The translations under genes were made by a program, and so were the position numbers. This document shows, piece by piece, positions 39,068-47,730 of a DNA stretch of 64,000 bases; the first letter of the stretch is position 1; the number at the start of each line of letters is the position of its first letter. Under the pieces are notes generated by a model. The model saw nothing but the letters and a program-made list of their open reading frames with translations, was not told the DNA's origin and searched no databases. Source of the stretch: an uncultured Chloroflexia bacterium (GTDB taxonomy: Bacteria; Chloroflexota; Limnocylindria; Limnocylindrales; CSP1-4); contig CAWEOO010000001.1 of the NCBI GenBank assembly GCA_963810725.1, forward strand, positions 155,157 through 219,156, read 5' to 3'.

Positions 39068-40047
39068 TGGCCGGCATCTGGGTCCATGGCGAGATCACCG
39101 GCGATGGCTCGCTGGCGAAGCTCTCGACGGAGGTCGCGACGCTGGCCCGTGCCCTCGCCACGGAGAGCGGCGGTGCCGAGGTCACGGGCGTCGTCATCGG
39201 CGCGGACCCGGCGGCCGCGGCCGGGGAGCTGGCCCGCTATGTGCCACGGGTCCTAGCGGTCACCGAGCCCGCGACCGCGGAGCACGCCGCCGGCACGATC
39301 GTGGCCCAGCGGCTCGCGGCACTCGTCGAGGACCACGACCCGGACGTGATCCTGGCCGGCGCCGGTCCCGAGGGCCGCGATCTTGCCGGGGCCCTCTCCG
39401 CGCTGACGGGCCGCGGCGTGCTGGCCAACGCGATCGCGCTGCGGGGCTCGCCGGACGGCCCCATCGCGACCCACAGCGTGTTCGGCGGGAAGCTCGTCAC
39501 CGAGAGCGCCCTGACCGGCGGGCGCGGCATCGTCACCGTCCGCCCCAACACGGTGACCGCGGAAGCGGCCGGCAGCCCCGGCAAGGTCGAGACGGCCGCC
39601 CCGACCGGGGAGCTGGCTCAGCCCGCGGTGCCGGTCGTCGACCGCATCGAGGCCGAGGGCGCCGCAGCATCCATCGACGACGCCCGGATCATCGTGGCCG
39701 GCGGTCGCGGTGTCGGCGGCCCGGACGGCTTCGGGCTCATCGAGGACCTCGCCGCCGCCCTGGGCGGCGCGGTGGGCGCCACGAGGGCCGCCGTCGATTC
39801 GGGCTGGATCCCGTATAGCCAGCAGATCGGCCAGACCGGCAAGATCGTCAAGCCACAGCTGTACCTTGCGATGGGCATCAGCGGCGCGATCCAGCACAAG
39901 GTCGGCATGCAGACCGCCTCGACGATCATCGCGGTCAATCGCGACCCGGATGCCCCGATCGCCGACTTCGCCGACATGCTCGTCGTCGGCGACCTCGTCG
40001 CCGTCGGCCAGGCACTCCTCGCGCAGCTGCGCGAACGGTCGGGCTGA
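39067..40047 (+). CDS. etfA: Electron transfer flavoprotein alpha subunit
   Basis: IIVAGGRGVGG..GGAVGATRAAVDSGWIPYSQQIGQTGKIVKPQLYLAMGISGAIQHKVGMQ..IIAVNRDPDAPI. Confidence 0.9.
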   Translation: MAGIWVHGEITGDGSLAKLSTEVATLARALATESGGAEVTGVVIGADPAAAAGELARYVPRVLAVTEPATAEHAAGTIVAQRLAALVEDHDPDVILAGAGPEGRDLAGALSALTGRGVLANAIALRGSPDGPIATHSVFGGKLVTESALTGGRGIVTVRPNTVTAEAAGSPGKVETAAPTGELAQPAVPVVDRIEAEGAAASIDDARIIVAGGRGVGGPDGFGLIEDLAAALGGAVGATRAAVDSGWIPYSQQIGQTGKIVKPQLYLAMGISGAIQHKVGMQTASTIIAVNRDPDAPIADFADMLVVGDLVAVGQALLAQLRERSG

Positions 40048-40071
40048 GCCAGCGGCCCGGGGACGCGACAG

Positions 40072-40644
40072 GTGACCGAGCTCGCCATCCTGCTGCCGCT
40101 CGCGGCATTCCTCATCCTGGCGATGGGCTTCGCGATCGTCCTGCGTCGGGCCGGCCGGATCGTGGCGCGAACCCGCGAGGTCGAGAGCTTCCGTTCGACC
40201 GTCCGTGAGCTCGCCGCTCGCATCGACCAGTCACTCGAAGGCGCCTCCGGGCGCATCGATGCCGTCCGTCGCCAGCAGCTGGCCGCCGGCACGATCGGCG
40301 CGACCATCGAGGCCGCGACCGACGCGATCGCCCGCTACACCGAGGAAGCGCGGGCCTTGCACGGCCCGCCGCCGGCCGAGGCGATCCGCGACGAGCTGGT
40401 CTCCGAGCTGGAGCGCGCCGACCGCGCTCTCGCGATGGTCGACCACGGCGCGACGATCCTCGCCGAGACCGTGCGCCGCGGCCGCGAGCTGGAGGCCCAC
40501 ACGTCGATCAAGCGCGGCTACCTGAACCTGGTCCACGCCCGCGAGGCGATCACCCGCCTGGCGACCCGCGCCGCAGCGCTCGAGGCGACCGTTGCGCCGG
40601 CGTCGTCGGAGCAGCCTGCGACCCTGCAGCAACCGCGTCTCTGA
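40072..40644 (+). CDS. Membrane-anchored alpha-helical protein of unknown function
   Basis: N-terminal TM helix LAILLPLAAFLILAMGFAIVL. The rest is Ala/Arg/Glu-rich and helical. Confidence 0.5.
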   Translation: MTELAILLPLAAFLILAMGFAIVLRRAGRIVARTREVESFRSTVRELAARIDQSLEGASGRIDAVRRQQLAAGTIGATIEAATDAIARYTEEARALHGPPPAEAIRDELVSELERADRALAMVDHGATILAETVRRGRELEAHTSIKRGYLNLVHAREAITRLATRAAALEATVAPASSEQPATLQQPRL

Positions 40645-40691
40645 CCACACCATGTAGTGGTATCCTCGTCGCACACCACAAGTGGTAGTGG
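40645..40691 (+). promoter_or_regulatory. Two NrdR-box-like 16-mers (CCACACCATGTAGTGG at 40645-40660; CCACAAGTGGTAGTGG at 40676-40691), starts 31 bp apart
   Basis: Both fit the CAC-N8-GTG palindromic architecture of the published NrdR box (acaCwAtATaTwGtgt). They sit 21-67 nt upstream of the nrdR ATG at 40712, with the tandem spacing typical of NrdR sites. Confidence 0.55.
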
Positions 40692-40711
40692 TGCGGAGCG
40701 ACAGGAGAGCG

Positions 40712-41188
40712 ATGCGCTGCCCCCAATGCGGCGAGCGGGACACCCGCGTCGTCGACTCGCGCGATCTCGACGATTCCGCCACCATCCGGCGCCGCCGCGA
40801 ATGCAACGCCTGCGCCATGCGTTTCACGACCTACGAGCGGATCGAGGCCGCCCGGCTGGTGGTCATCAAGCGTGACGGCACACGCCAGGAGTTCGATCGC
40901 GACCGGCTGGTCACCGGGCTGCGCAAGGCACTGACGCGCCGCCCGGTGCCCGACGGTGCCGCCGAGGCGGCGGCCGAGGCGATCGAGGCGGAACTGCGCG
41001 CCGCCGGGGTCACGGAGATCCCGTCGTCGCGGGTCGGCGCGCTCGCGATGGAGGCGCTCCGCGGCATCGACCAGATCGCCTACATCCGGTTCGCCAGCGT
41101 GTACCAGAGCTTCGAGGATCTCGAGGATCTCAAGCGCGAGGTCGACACGCTCTACAACGAGAAGGGCAACGGGGGCGGCGCCAAGTGA
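40712..41188 (+). CDS. nrdR: Transcriptional repressor NrdR
   Basis: [34 protein letters not shown] (zinc ribbon), plus an ATP-cone: [26 protein letters not shown]. Confidence 0.92.
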   Translation: MRCPQCGERDTRVVDSRDLDDSATIRRRRECNACAMRFTTYERIEAARLVVIKRDGTRQEFDRDRLVTGLRKALTRRPVPDGAAEAAAEAIEAELRAAGVTEIPSSRVGALAMEALRGIDQIAYIRFASVYQSFEDLEDLKREVDTLYNEKGNGGGAK

Positions 41189-41757
41189 GCGTCCTGTCCG
41201 ACCGCGACATCCGGGCCGCGCTCGAGGCGGGGGCCGTAAAGATCGAGCCCTACGACGCCGAAGACCTCCAGCCCTCTTCGGTCGATCTGCACCTCGACCG
41301 CTCGTTCCGGGTCTTCCGCAACAACCGCTACCCCTTCATCGATGTACGCGCGCCACAGCCGGACCTGACCGAGCTGCTGACGATCGAGGACGACGAGCCG
41401 TTCATCCTGCATCCGGGCGAATTCGTCCTCGGCCAGACGCTCGAGTGGGTTGAGCTCCCCAACGATCTGGTCGCACGCCTGGAAGGCCGGTCGTCGCTCG
41501 GCCGGTTGGGGCTGCTCATCCATTCGACGGCGGGGTATGTCGATCCGGGCTGGAAGGGCAACCTGACGCTCGAGCTTTCGAACGTCGCGAACCTGCCCAT
41601 TGCGCTCTATTCCGGGATGCGGATCGGCCAGATCTCGTTCTTCCAAATGACCTCAGAGGTCGAGCGGCCATACGGCTCGCCCGGGCTACGGTCGCGCTAC
41701 CAGGGCCAGAAGGAGCCGACCGCGTCGGCGTTCCACCGGGACTTCGTGAAGGACTGA
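41185..41757 (+). CDS. dcd: dCTP deaminase
   Basis: GTGA overlap with the nrdR stop. [62 protein letters not shown]. Confidence 0.9.
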   Translation: MSVLSDRDIRAALEAGAVKIEPYDAEDLQPSSVDLHLDRSFRVFRNNRYPFIDVRAPQPDLTELLTIEDDEPFILHPGEFVLGQTLEWVELPNDLVARLEGRSSLGRLGLLIHSTAGYVDPGWKGNLTLELSNVANLPIALYSGMRIGQISFFQMTSEVERPYGSPGLRSRYQGQKEPTASAFHRDFVKD

Positions 41758-41761
41758 TCCC

Positions 41762-42628
41762 GTGGCGCTGAACGAGTCGGTGGCGTGGCGGACCGAGCTG
41801 GGCGGGGGCACGCGCGTGGCACTCGTGCAGGCCGGGACCTTTCGGTCGGATGCGGGCACGCTCTTCGGGCCGGTCCCGCGCGTGCTGTGGGGCGGGCTCG
41901 TGGTCGACGAGATCGATCACGAGCACCGGCTCCTCCAGGCACTGAACTGCCTGCTGGTCGAGACGCCGGCCGGACGTGCCCTCATCGAGACCGGGATCGG
42001 CGAACGCGTCGACGACAAAACGAGGGCACAGCGCGTCTATGAGGGGTTGCCGGTCGTGCCGGCGCTCGAGGCGGCCGGCTTCCAACCCGACACCGTCGAC
42101 GTCGTCGCCATGAGCCACCTCCATTTCGACCACGCCGGTGGCCTGCTGCGTGCTGACGGATCGCGCGCCTTCCCACGGGCCACGATCGTCGCGCAGAAGG
42201 CGGAGTGGGAGGTCGCCCTCGGTGATAACCCGCGCCTCGTCGCTTCGTACGTGCAACCGGAGCTGCGGCTCGTCCACGACTGGGGCGCCGAGGGCTGGGC
42301 GGACGGCGAGCGCGAGATCCTGCCGGGCGTGACGGTCGTGCCGACCGGCGGGCACTCCACGGGTCACCAGGCCGTAATCGTCCGCGGCACGGGCAATGGC
42401 GCCGGGAGCGTGGCGTTCTTTGGCGACCTGTTCATGCGCCCGTGGGGCGCCAACCCGCGCTGGGTTACGGCGTTCGACGACTTCCCGCTCGATTCGGTGC
42501 TGCGCAAGCTCGAGCTGTTCGCCCAGGCCGTCGACGAGGGCTGGCTCATCGTCCTCTCGCACGAATCGAAGCGCCCCGTCGGCCACCTGGCGCGCGACCG
42601 AGACCGGTTCCGGTTCGAGCCGGTCTGA
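41762..42628 (+). CDS. MBL-fold metallo-hydrolase
   Basis: VAMSHLHFDHAGGL..PTGGHSTGHQA..FFGDL. Confidence 0.8.
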   Translation: MALNESVAWRTELGGGTRVALVQAGTFRSDAGTLFGPVPRVLWGGLVVDEIDHEHRLLQALNCLLVETPAGRALIETGIGERVDDKTRAQRVYEGLPVVPALEAAGFQPDTVDVVAMSHLHFDHAGGLLRADGSRAFPRATIVAQKAEWEVALGDNPRLVASYVQPELRLVHDWGAEGWADGEREILPGVTVVPTGGHSTGHQAVIVRGTGNGAGSVAFFGDLFMRPWGANPRWVTAFDDFPLDSVLRKLELFAQAVDEGWLIVLSHESKRPVGHLARDRDRFRFEPV

Positions 42629-42631
42629 GGG

Positions 42632-43102
42632 CTACCGGCCGGCGGCCTCGGCGGCGGCGCCCAGCTGCGGGTCGTGCTCCCGCTTGTGGCCGTACATCTG
42701 GTAGACGACGAGGTCGTCGAGCGAGTATTCCGCCCCATACCAGGGGATCGTCCCGACTTCGCGCCACCGTTCCGGCGTGATCGCCTTCGCGTGGCTTATG
42801 ACCCGATCGTGCGCGTCGAGGAACTCCTGGGTGACCTGCTCGATCGTCCAGTCCTTGCGGATCGCGGCCTGGTCGTCGTTGAACGTCGCTGGGTCCGCGG
42901 TCAGCAGGTCGGAGACGAGCGGCGCGTCGACGAACGTGGCGAGGATGTCGGCAAAGCGGACCTCGAACGCGCCGAGGTGCCCGAGCAGGTCCTTCGCCGT
43001 CCAGACGCCGAGCGCGATCCGCTCCCAGTCTTCGGCTCGGTAGCGCGCGACCGTGGCCAGGACGGTCCTCTGCCCGTACATGAGGACATCGACTGCATTC
43101 AT
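42632..43102 (-). CDS. DinB-like four-helix-bundle protein
   Basis: WTAKDLLGHLGAFE..IPWYGAEYSLDDLVVYQMYGHKREHDPQL. Family assignment is tentative. Confidence 0.55.
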   Translation of the reverse strand: MNAVDVLMYGQRTVLATVARYRAEDWERIALGVWTAKDLLGHLGAFEVRFADILATFVDAPLVSDLLTADPATFNDDQAAIRKDWTIEQVTQEFLDAHDRVISHAKAITPERWREVGTIPWYGAEYSLDDLVVYQMYGHKREHDPQLGAAAEAAGR

Positions 43103-43129
43103 TTGGTCACCTCGCCGGGAGCTTCACCG

Positions 43130-43324
43130 GCCATGTTCCTTGTCATGTATTCACCACGTGAGTCATATACGCGAGATTCGATGTCGGAGCGTCATGCCAG
43201 TATCGAATCAGTGCTTACCAGTCGCCCTGTGGCCGTATGCCAAGGATTTGCGGCTCTCGGCCCGGCCTTCGGTCGGGGTCGGGTGATACCACTCACCCCG
43301 TGCATGCATGACAAGGATCGTGGC
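43130..43324. repeat. ~195-bp element bounded by imperfect 34-nt inverted arms (43130-43163 and 43291-43324), with an 11-bp perfect core TCCTTGTCATG / CATGACAAGGA
   Basis: Hand-paired: 43137-43147 is the exact reverse complement of 43307-43317, and pairing extends on both sides with a few mismatches or G-U pairs. Internal hairpins: GATTCGAT/ATCGAATC and GGGTGA/TCACCC. Visibly lower GC than the flanks. Confidence 0.7.
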
Positions 43325-43335
43325 AAGGCATTGTC

Positions 43336-44034
43336 CTACGTCGGCCCGGGCTGCGAGGGCACGGCGCCCAGCATCGATTCGATCAGGGCGGACGCCCCGG
43401 CCTCGTCGACCGGGCCGTTGAGGACGAGTTGGATCACGCCGTTCGTGTCGATGAAGAACTGGGTCGGCAACGCAAACACGCGATACGTCCGCAGGATGTG
43501 CCCGGAGCCGTCGAAGCCGATCGTGTAATCGAGCTCGTAGCGGTCGGCGTACGCGCCGACGTCGGTCGGTGTCGTCTCCTGGACGCTGACCCCGACGATC
43601 GCGAGCCCCTTGTCGCGGTACTGCTCGTCGAGCGAGCGCAAGATCGGGGTCTCCTGCTGGCAGGGCGGGCACCACGACGCCCAGAAATTGAGCCAGACGA
43701 CCTTGCCGCGCAGGGCGTCGAGCCGGATGGGCCGGCCGTCGAGGTCGGTCAGCTGGTAGGTGGTGCCATCGACGAGGGCCGTAGCGAGCTCCGGGGCGCT
43801 CTCACCCGCGCGCAGGCCCTGCGCCGGCGCCTCGCCGATGATGAACGGGGTGGCTTGTGGGTTGACGATGTTCGGCCCGATCGACGTGTTGCCAAGCGGG
43901 GTCGTGATCGCGACGCCGACGATCGCCACGACTGCGATCGCCACGGCGGCCAGCAGCAATTGGCGGCCGCTGAACGGCCCGATCAGGCCGTGCCGCTCGC
44001 GCTGGTGGGTGAACCCGGGTCGCTCCTCGGTCAC
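43336..44034 (-). CDS. TlpA/ResA-like membrane-anchored thiol-disulfide oxidoreductase
   Basis: TM anchor LLLAAVAIAVVAIVGVAI. Thioredoxin motif: VVWLNFWASWCPPCQQETP. Confidence 0.88.
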   Translation of the reverse strand: MTEERPGFTHQRERHGLIGPFSGRQLLLAAVAIAVVAIVGVAITTPLGNTSIGPNIVNPQATPFIIGEAPAQGLRAGESAPELATALVDGTTYQLTDLDGRPIRLDALRGKVVWLNFWASWCPPCQQETPILRSLDEQYRDKGLAIVGVSVQETTPTDVGAYADRYELDYTIGFDGSGHILRTYRVFALPTQFFIDTNGVIQLVLNGPVDEAGASALIESMLGAVPSQPGPT

Positions 44035-44041
44035 GGACGGC

Positions 44042-44875
44042 TCAGATGGCCGTGAGGAACGTGAAGTAGCGCGGCATCAGCGAAAGCCAGTCGAAGACCA
44101 TGGCCACGCCGATCAGCACCACGAGCAGGCCGCCGATGAGCGACACGAGAAGGCCGTGGCGCACGAGCGGGCGCAGCAGCCCCGGGGCGCGGTCGTAGGC
44201 GAGCGCGATCGCGATGAACGGCAGGCCGAGGCCCACGCAATACGCGATCAGCAGGACCGCGCCCTGGGCGACCGTGCCCGACGTGACGGCGAGGGTCAGG
44301 ATCCCGCTCAGGATGATGCCGATGCAGGGCGTCCAACCGATGGCGAAGATCGCGCCGAGCCCGAACGACGCGAGCCAGCCGCCACGGGTCCCGATGAGCC
44401 GACCTCCGAGTCGGTCGCCGAGGCTCGGTCCGCGGCCGGCGCCGACCGGTGAGCCGAGGGCGATCGAGCCGGTGGACGTGGCGAGGCTCCCGGCCGCGCC
44501 GGCATCGAGCGGGCGCCAGGTACGCTCGAGCGCCCCGATGCGCAGGATGCCGGCGAGGTTGAGGCCGAGCACGATCAGGATCACGCCGCCGATCACGCGC
44601 AGCGTCGGGATGTAGGCGGAGAGCCCGGACGCGGCGTAGGTGGCCGTCACGCCCAGGAGGGTGAACACGGTCCCGAAGCCGGCGACGTAGGCGAGCGCGT
44701 GGCGGACCGCCAGCCATCGGTTGGGGGCGGCGGTGTCGTTGGCTCGGCCCGCGACCGCGATCGCCGACAGCTGGCCCAGGTACGCGGGCACGAGCGGCAG
44801 GACGCACGGCGACAGGAAGCTGATGACGCCGGCCGCGAGCGCGAGGAGGATCGTGAGGTCGGTGCCGCCTGTCAT
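44042..44875 (-). CDS. ccdA: Cytochrome c biogenesis / thiol-disulfide transporter CcdA (DsbD family)
   Basis: ATG at 44875. FLSPCVLPLVPAYLG and GWTPCIGIILSGIL motifs. Multiple TM helices. Confidence 0.88.
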   Translation of the reverse strand: MTGGTDLTILLALAAGVISFLSPCVLPLVPAYLGQLSAIAVAGRANDTAAPNRWLAVRHALAYVAGFGTVFTLLGVTATYAASGLSAYIPTLRVIGGVILIVLGLNLAGILRIGALERTWRPLDAGAAGSLATSTGSIALGSPVGAGRGPSLGDRLGGRLIGTRGGWLASFGLGAIFAIGWTPCIGIILSGILTLAVTSGTVAQGAVLLIAYCVGLGLPFIAIALAYDRAPGLLRPLVRHGLLVSLIGGLLVVLIGVAMVFDWLSLMPRYFTFLTAI

Positions 44876-45174
44876 GCGGTGGTTCGGGCGGCTGGCTCGG
44901 CGTCGAGGACGTCGGCCAGGAGGCCACGCAGCTTCGCCAGGCTCGTGATGGTCTCGAGCCGCCGACCACCGAGCTCGACGACCGGGATCGAGGCGAAGAG
45001 CGCGCGCTCGAGGGCGGGATCGGACTCGATGTCGACTTCTCGGAGGGCGGGTGTCGGCAGGGCGTTCGCGCGCCGTTCGTCGAGGAGCGCTCGGAGGAGG
45101 CCGCGAGCGTCGTCGCAGAGGCCGCAATCGGCGCGACCGTACAGGATCAGGTCGGGGAGGGGAGGGGCGGACAT
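44872..45174 (-). CDS. Glutaredoxin-like small redox protein (DUF836-like)
   Basis: LILYGRADCGLCDDARGLL..IPVVELGG. 4-nt overlap with the ccdA start. Confidence 0.7.
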   Translation of the reverse strand: MSAPPLPDLILYGRADCGLCDDARGLLRALLDERRANALPTPALREVDIESDPALERALFASIPVVELGGRRLETITSLAKLRGLLADVLDAEPAARTTA

Positions 45175-45543
45175 CGCGCTCGGATTGTACGTGCGGCCGG
45201 CGTCCAGCCCCGGTCACGGAGATGACCGCCGTAGGGAGGCACGGCGGTCATGGCCTTGTGACGCCGGTGCCCGGAGGTGGGTTCCTGCGGTGGGCGACGT
45301 CGTCCGCCCTACGCCCCCGTACCGAGGTTCATGCCATATGTGCACCCGGTGCACCTTCGGCGCTCTCGGAGGGCTCGAGACCGCGGATTCGCCCCGCTCC
45401 GGACCCTTTCCTCGCACGACCGGGCCGAGCGCTCCCGGTTCACTGGTCTCGAATCACCGCCAAGGTGCGAGTGGTGCACTTTTGGCAGGCTTTCTAAGAC
45501 GAGATCGTCATCGAGTCGGACATCGGTCCTCCCGCGGCTGCCC

Positions 45544-46755
45544 CTACCAATGTGTCGGTGCACCGACGACGATGGGATCGAGCGGGCGGCCAAAGCGACA
45601 TGCGCTGATGTCGAAGTCGGGCTCCTGGCCGGCGATCAGCTGACTGAGGACGCGTCCCGTCACCGGGCCCGCCGTGTTCCCGAACGTGTGACCGGCGCCG
45701 ACGAACAGCCCGGGCGCCACCTCGTCGATGACCGGCGCCTGGTCGGAGGTGAAGGGGAGGAGGCCGGCCCATGTCCGGGTGATCGGCACATCCCGCAGCG
45801 ACGGGAAGTCGGCCGTGAGCCCGTCAGCGATCTGGGCCAGCCCGGCCAGGGTCGGGTGCGCGTCGAGGTCACCCGGGTAATCGGTCGCACATCCGACGCT
45901 CAGCTCGCCGGACGCGCGCTGCACGAGGAGTGGCAGCAGCACGAGGCCATCGCGATCCTGGCCCGGCGTCGTGAACGTAGCCGGGTCCCATGACGGCAGG
46001 TCGCGGAACAGCGCGTATTGCTTGGTGGCGTTCGGGCCGAACACGAGCGGCTCGATCCAGAACGGCTGCGGGCCGGTCATCGCGACTTGCAGGCGCTCGC
46101 CACCGATCGGGACGTCCACACCGACGTCGGCCAGCAGCGCGGTGCTCCACGCGCCCGTGGCGACGACGATGGCGTCGCCGCTGAAACGGCCGCTGTCGGT
46201 CTCGACGGCCTCGACCCGGTCGCCGGAGACGACGAGGCGCTCGACCGTGACGCCCTCGCGGATCGTCGCTCCCTCGGCCCTCGCGCCACGGGCGAAGGCG
46301 TCGACGACGGTGGACGTCACGATCTGCGCGTCGTCGCTGCAGTAGCTCGCCCCGAGGACGTCCTCGCGGATGGGAGGCACGAGGCGACGCACCTCCGCCC
46401 CGTCGATCAGCGTCATGTCGAGCCCGTCGCGCCTCCGCGCGGCGACGAACTCCTCGAAGACGGCGCCTTGTTCGGGGGTCGTGAAGTACATCAGCCCGCC
46501 ACTCGGCCGGAATTCGAAGCCTCCCGGCAATTCGGCCAGGAGCTGCGGATACAGGTTCCGACCGGCGCGCGCGATGTCGAGCGCGAAGCCAGCTGTTCGG
46601 CAATGGAGCCACAGGAAACCGACATTGCGGCCGGATGCGCCGTATCCGACCGTCTGCTGTTCGAGCAGGGTTACATTCATGCCGTCGCGTGCGCAGTAAT
46701 ACGCCGTGGCGCAGCCGACGATCCCGCCGCCGACGACGATCACCTCCGTGCTCAT
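45544..46755 (-). CDS. FAD-dependent oxidoreductase (DAO family: glycine/D-amino-acid/sarcosine oxidase-like)
   Basis: VIVVGGGIVGCATAYYCARDGMNVTLLE..ASGRNVG..VVATGAWS..GLFVGAGHTFGNTAGPVTG. Confidence 0.85.
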   Translation of the reverse strand: MSTEVIVVGGGIVGCATAYYCARDGMNVTLLEQQTVGYGASGRNVGFLWLHCRTAGFALDIARAGRNLYPQLLAELPGGFEFRPSGGLMYFTTPEQGAVFEEFVAARRRDGLDMTLIDGAEVRRLVPPIREDVLGASYCSDDAQIVTSTVVDAFARGARAEGATIREGVTVERLVVSGDRVEAVETDSGRFSGDAIVVATGAWSTALLADVGVDVPIGGERLQVAMTGPQPFWIEPLVFGPNATKQYALFRDLPSWDPATFTTPGQDRDGLVLLPLLVQRASGELSVGCATDYPGDLDAHPTLAGLAQIADGLTADFPSLRDVPITRTWAGLLPFTSDQAPVIDEVAPGLFVGAGHTFGNTAGPVTGRVLSQLIAGQEPDFDISACRFGRPLDPIVVGAPTHW

Positions 46756-46829
46756 CCGGGCATCCTACGTGAGCATCACGCGAGCGTGGGCACCGGCAAC
46801 CGGGGTCTCGGCGGTACGATGTCGGCCGC

Positions 46830-46905
46830 GCCCCCGTAGCTCAGTGGATAGAGCGGCACCGTCCTAAGGTGCGCGTCGGCGGTTCGAATCCGTCCGGGGG
46901 CGCCA
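46830..46905 (+). tRNA. tRNA-Arg (anticodon CCU)
   Basis: Manual cloverleaf. Acceptor GCCCCCG/CGGGGGC. D arm GCTC-AGTGGATA-GAGC. Anticodon stem GCACC/GGTGC with loop GTCCTAA. T arm GGCGG-TTCGAAT-CCGTC. Encoded CCA. Confidence 0.9.
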
Positions 46906-46932
46906 CACCCGCGCAGTCCTGATCGATAGGAC

Positions 46933-47616
46933 ATGATGATGCGACGAACTGTCAGGGCCGCGCTGACGTTTGGGGCGCTGCTCCTACTCGCCTCCGTTGG
47001 TCCCGTCTCGGCGGAGTGCTTTCCTCCACCAGAGCAGTTCCCGCCGATGCGCTATGCATTCACGGCTACCGTCGTTGACTACACCTACCGAAGCGGGTCG
47101 AGTACGCCGGAACGCAGTTGGCAGCTCGACATGGAGATCGAGCGGACATACCGGGGACAGCTGCCGGTTCGACTGACGGCCTCTGGGTGGGAAGCCGGCT
47201 GCGATTTCAACGGGGTCGAAGTGCGTGCCGGCGAACGCCTATTCATTGCCGCGGAAGACGTGGAGGTGAGCGACCCTCGGCTGATCAGGGGCAGGATCTT
47301 GATCTGGCGAGGGGTCGGTGGCGGGCTCTGGGAGTTCTACGCAGACGCGCTCCACGACGGCGCTTTGGGATATCCGGCCGCTGCGCTGCGTGCCGATACG
47401 ACCGAGGAGATCCTCGCCGTCCTCGGAGATCTGCGCGCGCCGGACACGGCCACGGCCGCAACGACGATTGCAGGCGGACGCGCCTCAGCGGCACCGCTGC
47501 TCGTCGCGCTGTTCGTACTGGCGTTCGTTACCGCTTTGGTCTGGCTCGGACCAACTCGCAGACCAGCTGAACAGCGGCCCCGAGCGGTAGGAGTCGAGCA
47601 CAACCTACTTCGCTGA
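46933..47616 (+). CDS. Secreted, C-terminally membrane-anchored protein of unknown function
   Basis: Signal peptide: MMMRRTVRAALTFGALLLLASVGPVSA. C-terminal TM helix: APLLVALFVLAFVTALVWL. Lies between tRNA-Arg and a duplicated tRNA 3' end. Confidence 0.6.
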   Translation: MMMRRTVRAALTFGALLLLASVGPVSAECFPPPEQFPPMRYAFTATVVDYTYRSGSSTPERSWQLDMEIERTYRGQLPVRLTASGWEAGCDFNGVEVRAGERLFIAAEDVEVSDPRLIRGRILIWRGVGGGLWEFYADALHDGALGYPAAALRADTTEEILAVLGDLRAPDTATAATTIAGGRASAAPLLVALFVLAFVTALVWLGPTRRPAEQRPRAVGVEHNLLR

Positions 47617-47660
47617 GGCTCCCAAAGCAGGTCGTCCCGCCGGGGTGCCGCGACCCGGAG

Positions 47661-47677
47661 TCCGTCCGGGGGCGCCA
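47661..47677 (+). repeat. 17-bp exact duplicate of the tRNA-Arg 3' end (TCCGTCCGGGGGCGCCA, identical to 46889-46905); att-like direct repeat or pseudo-tRNA fragment
   Basis: Exact match read from the sequence. Weaker similarity continues upstream (GGTGCCGCG.. versus GGTGCGCG.. in the tRNA). Confidence 0.85.
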
Positions 47678-47730
47678 AAACCAGTACGGAGTCCGGCGAG
47701 GCGAAGAACGGCATCGCCTCGGGCGGCAGC

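Noticed and set aside
45440-45470. tRNA-like fragment (GGTCTCGAATCACCGCCA) in the 45.2-45.5 kb gap
   Set aside because: It resembles a T-loop/CCA end only superficially. The flanking bases do not form a T stem or an acceptor stem.
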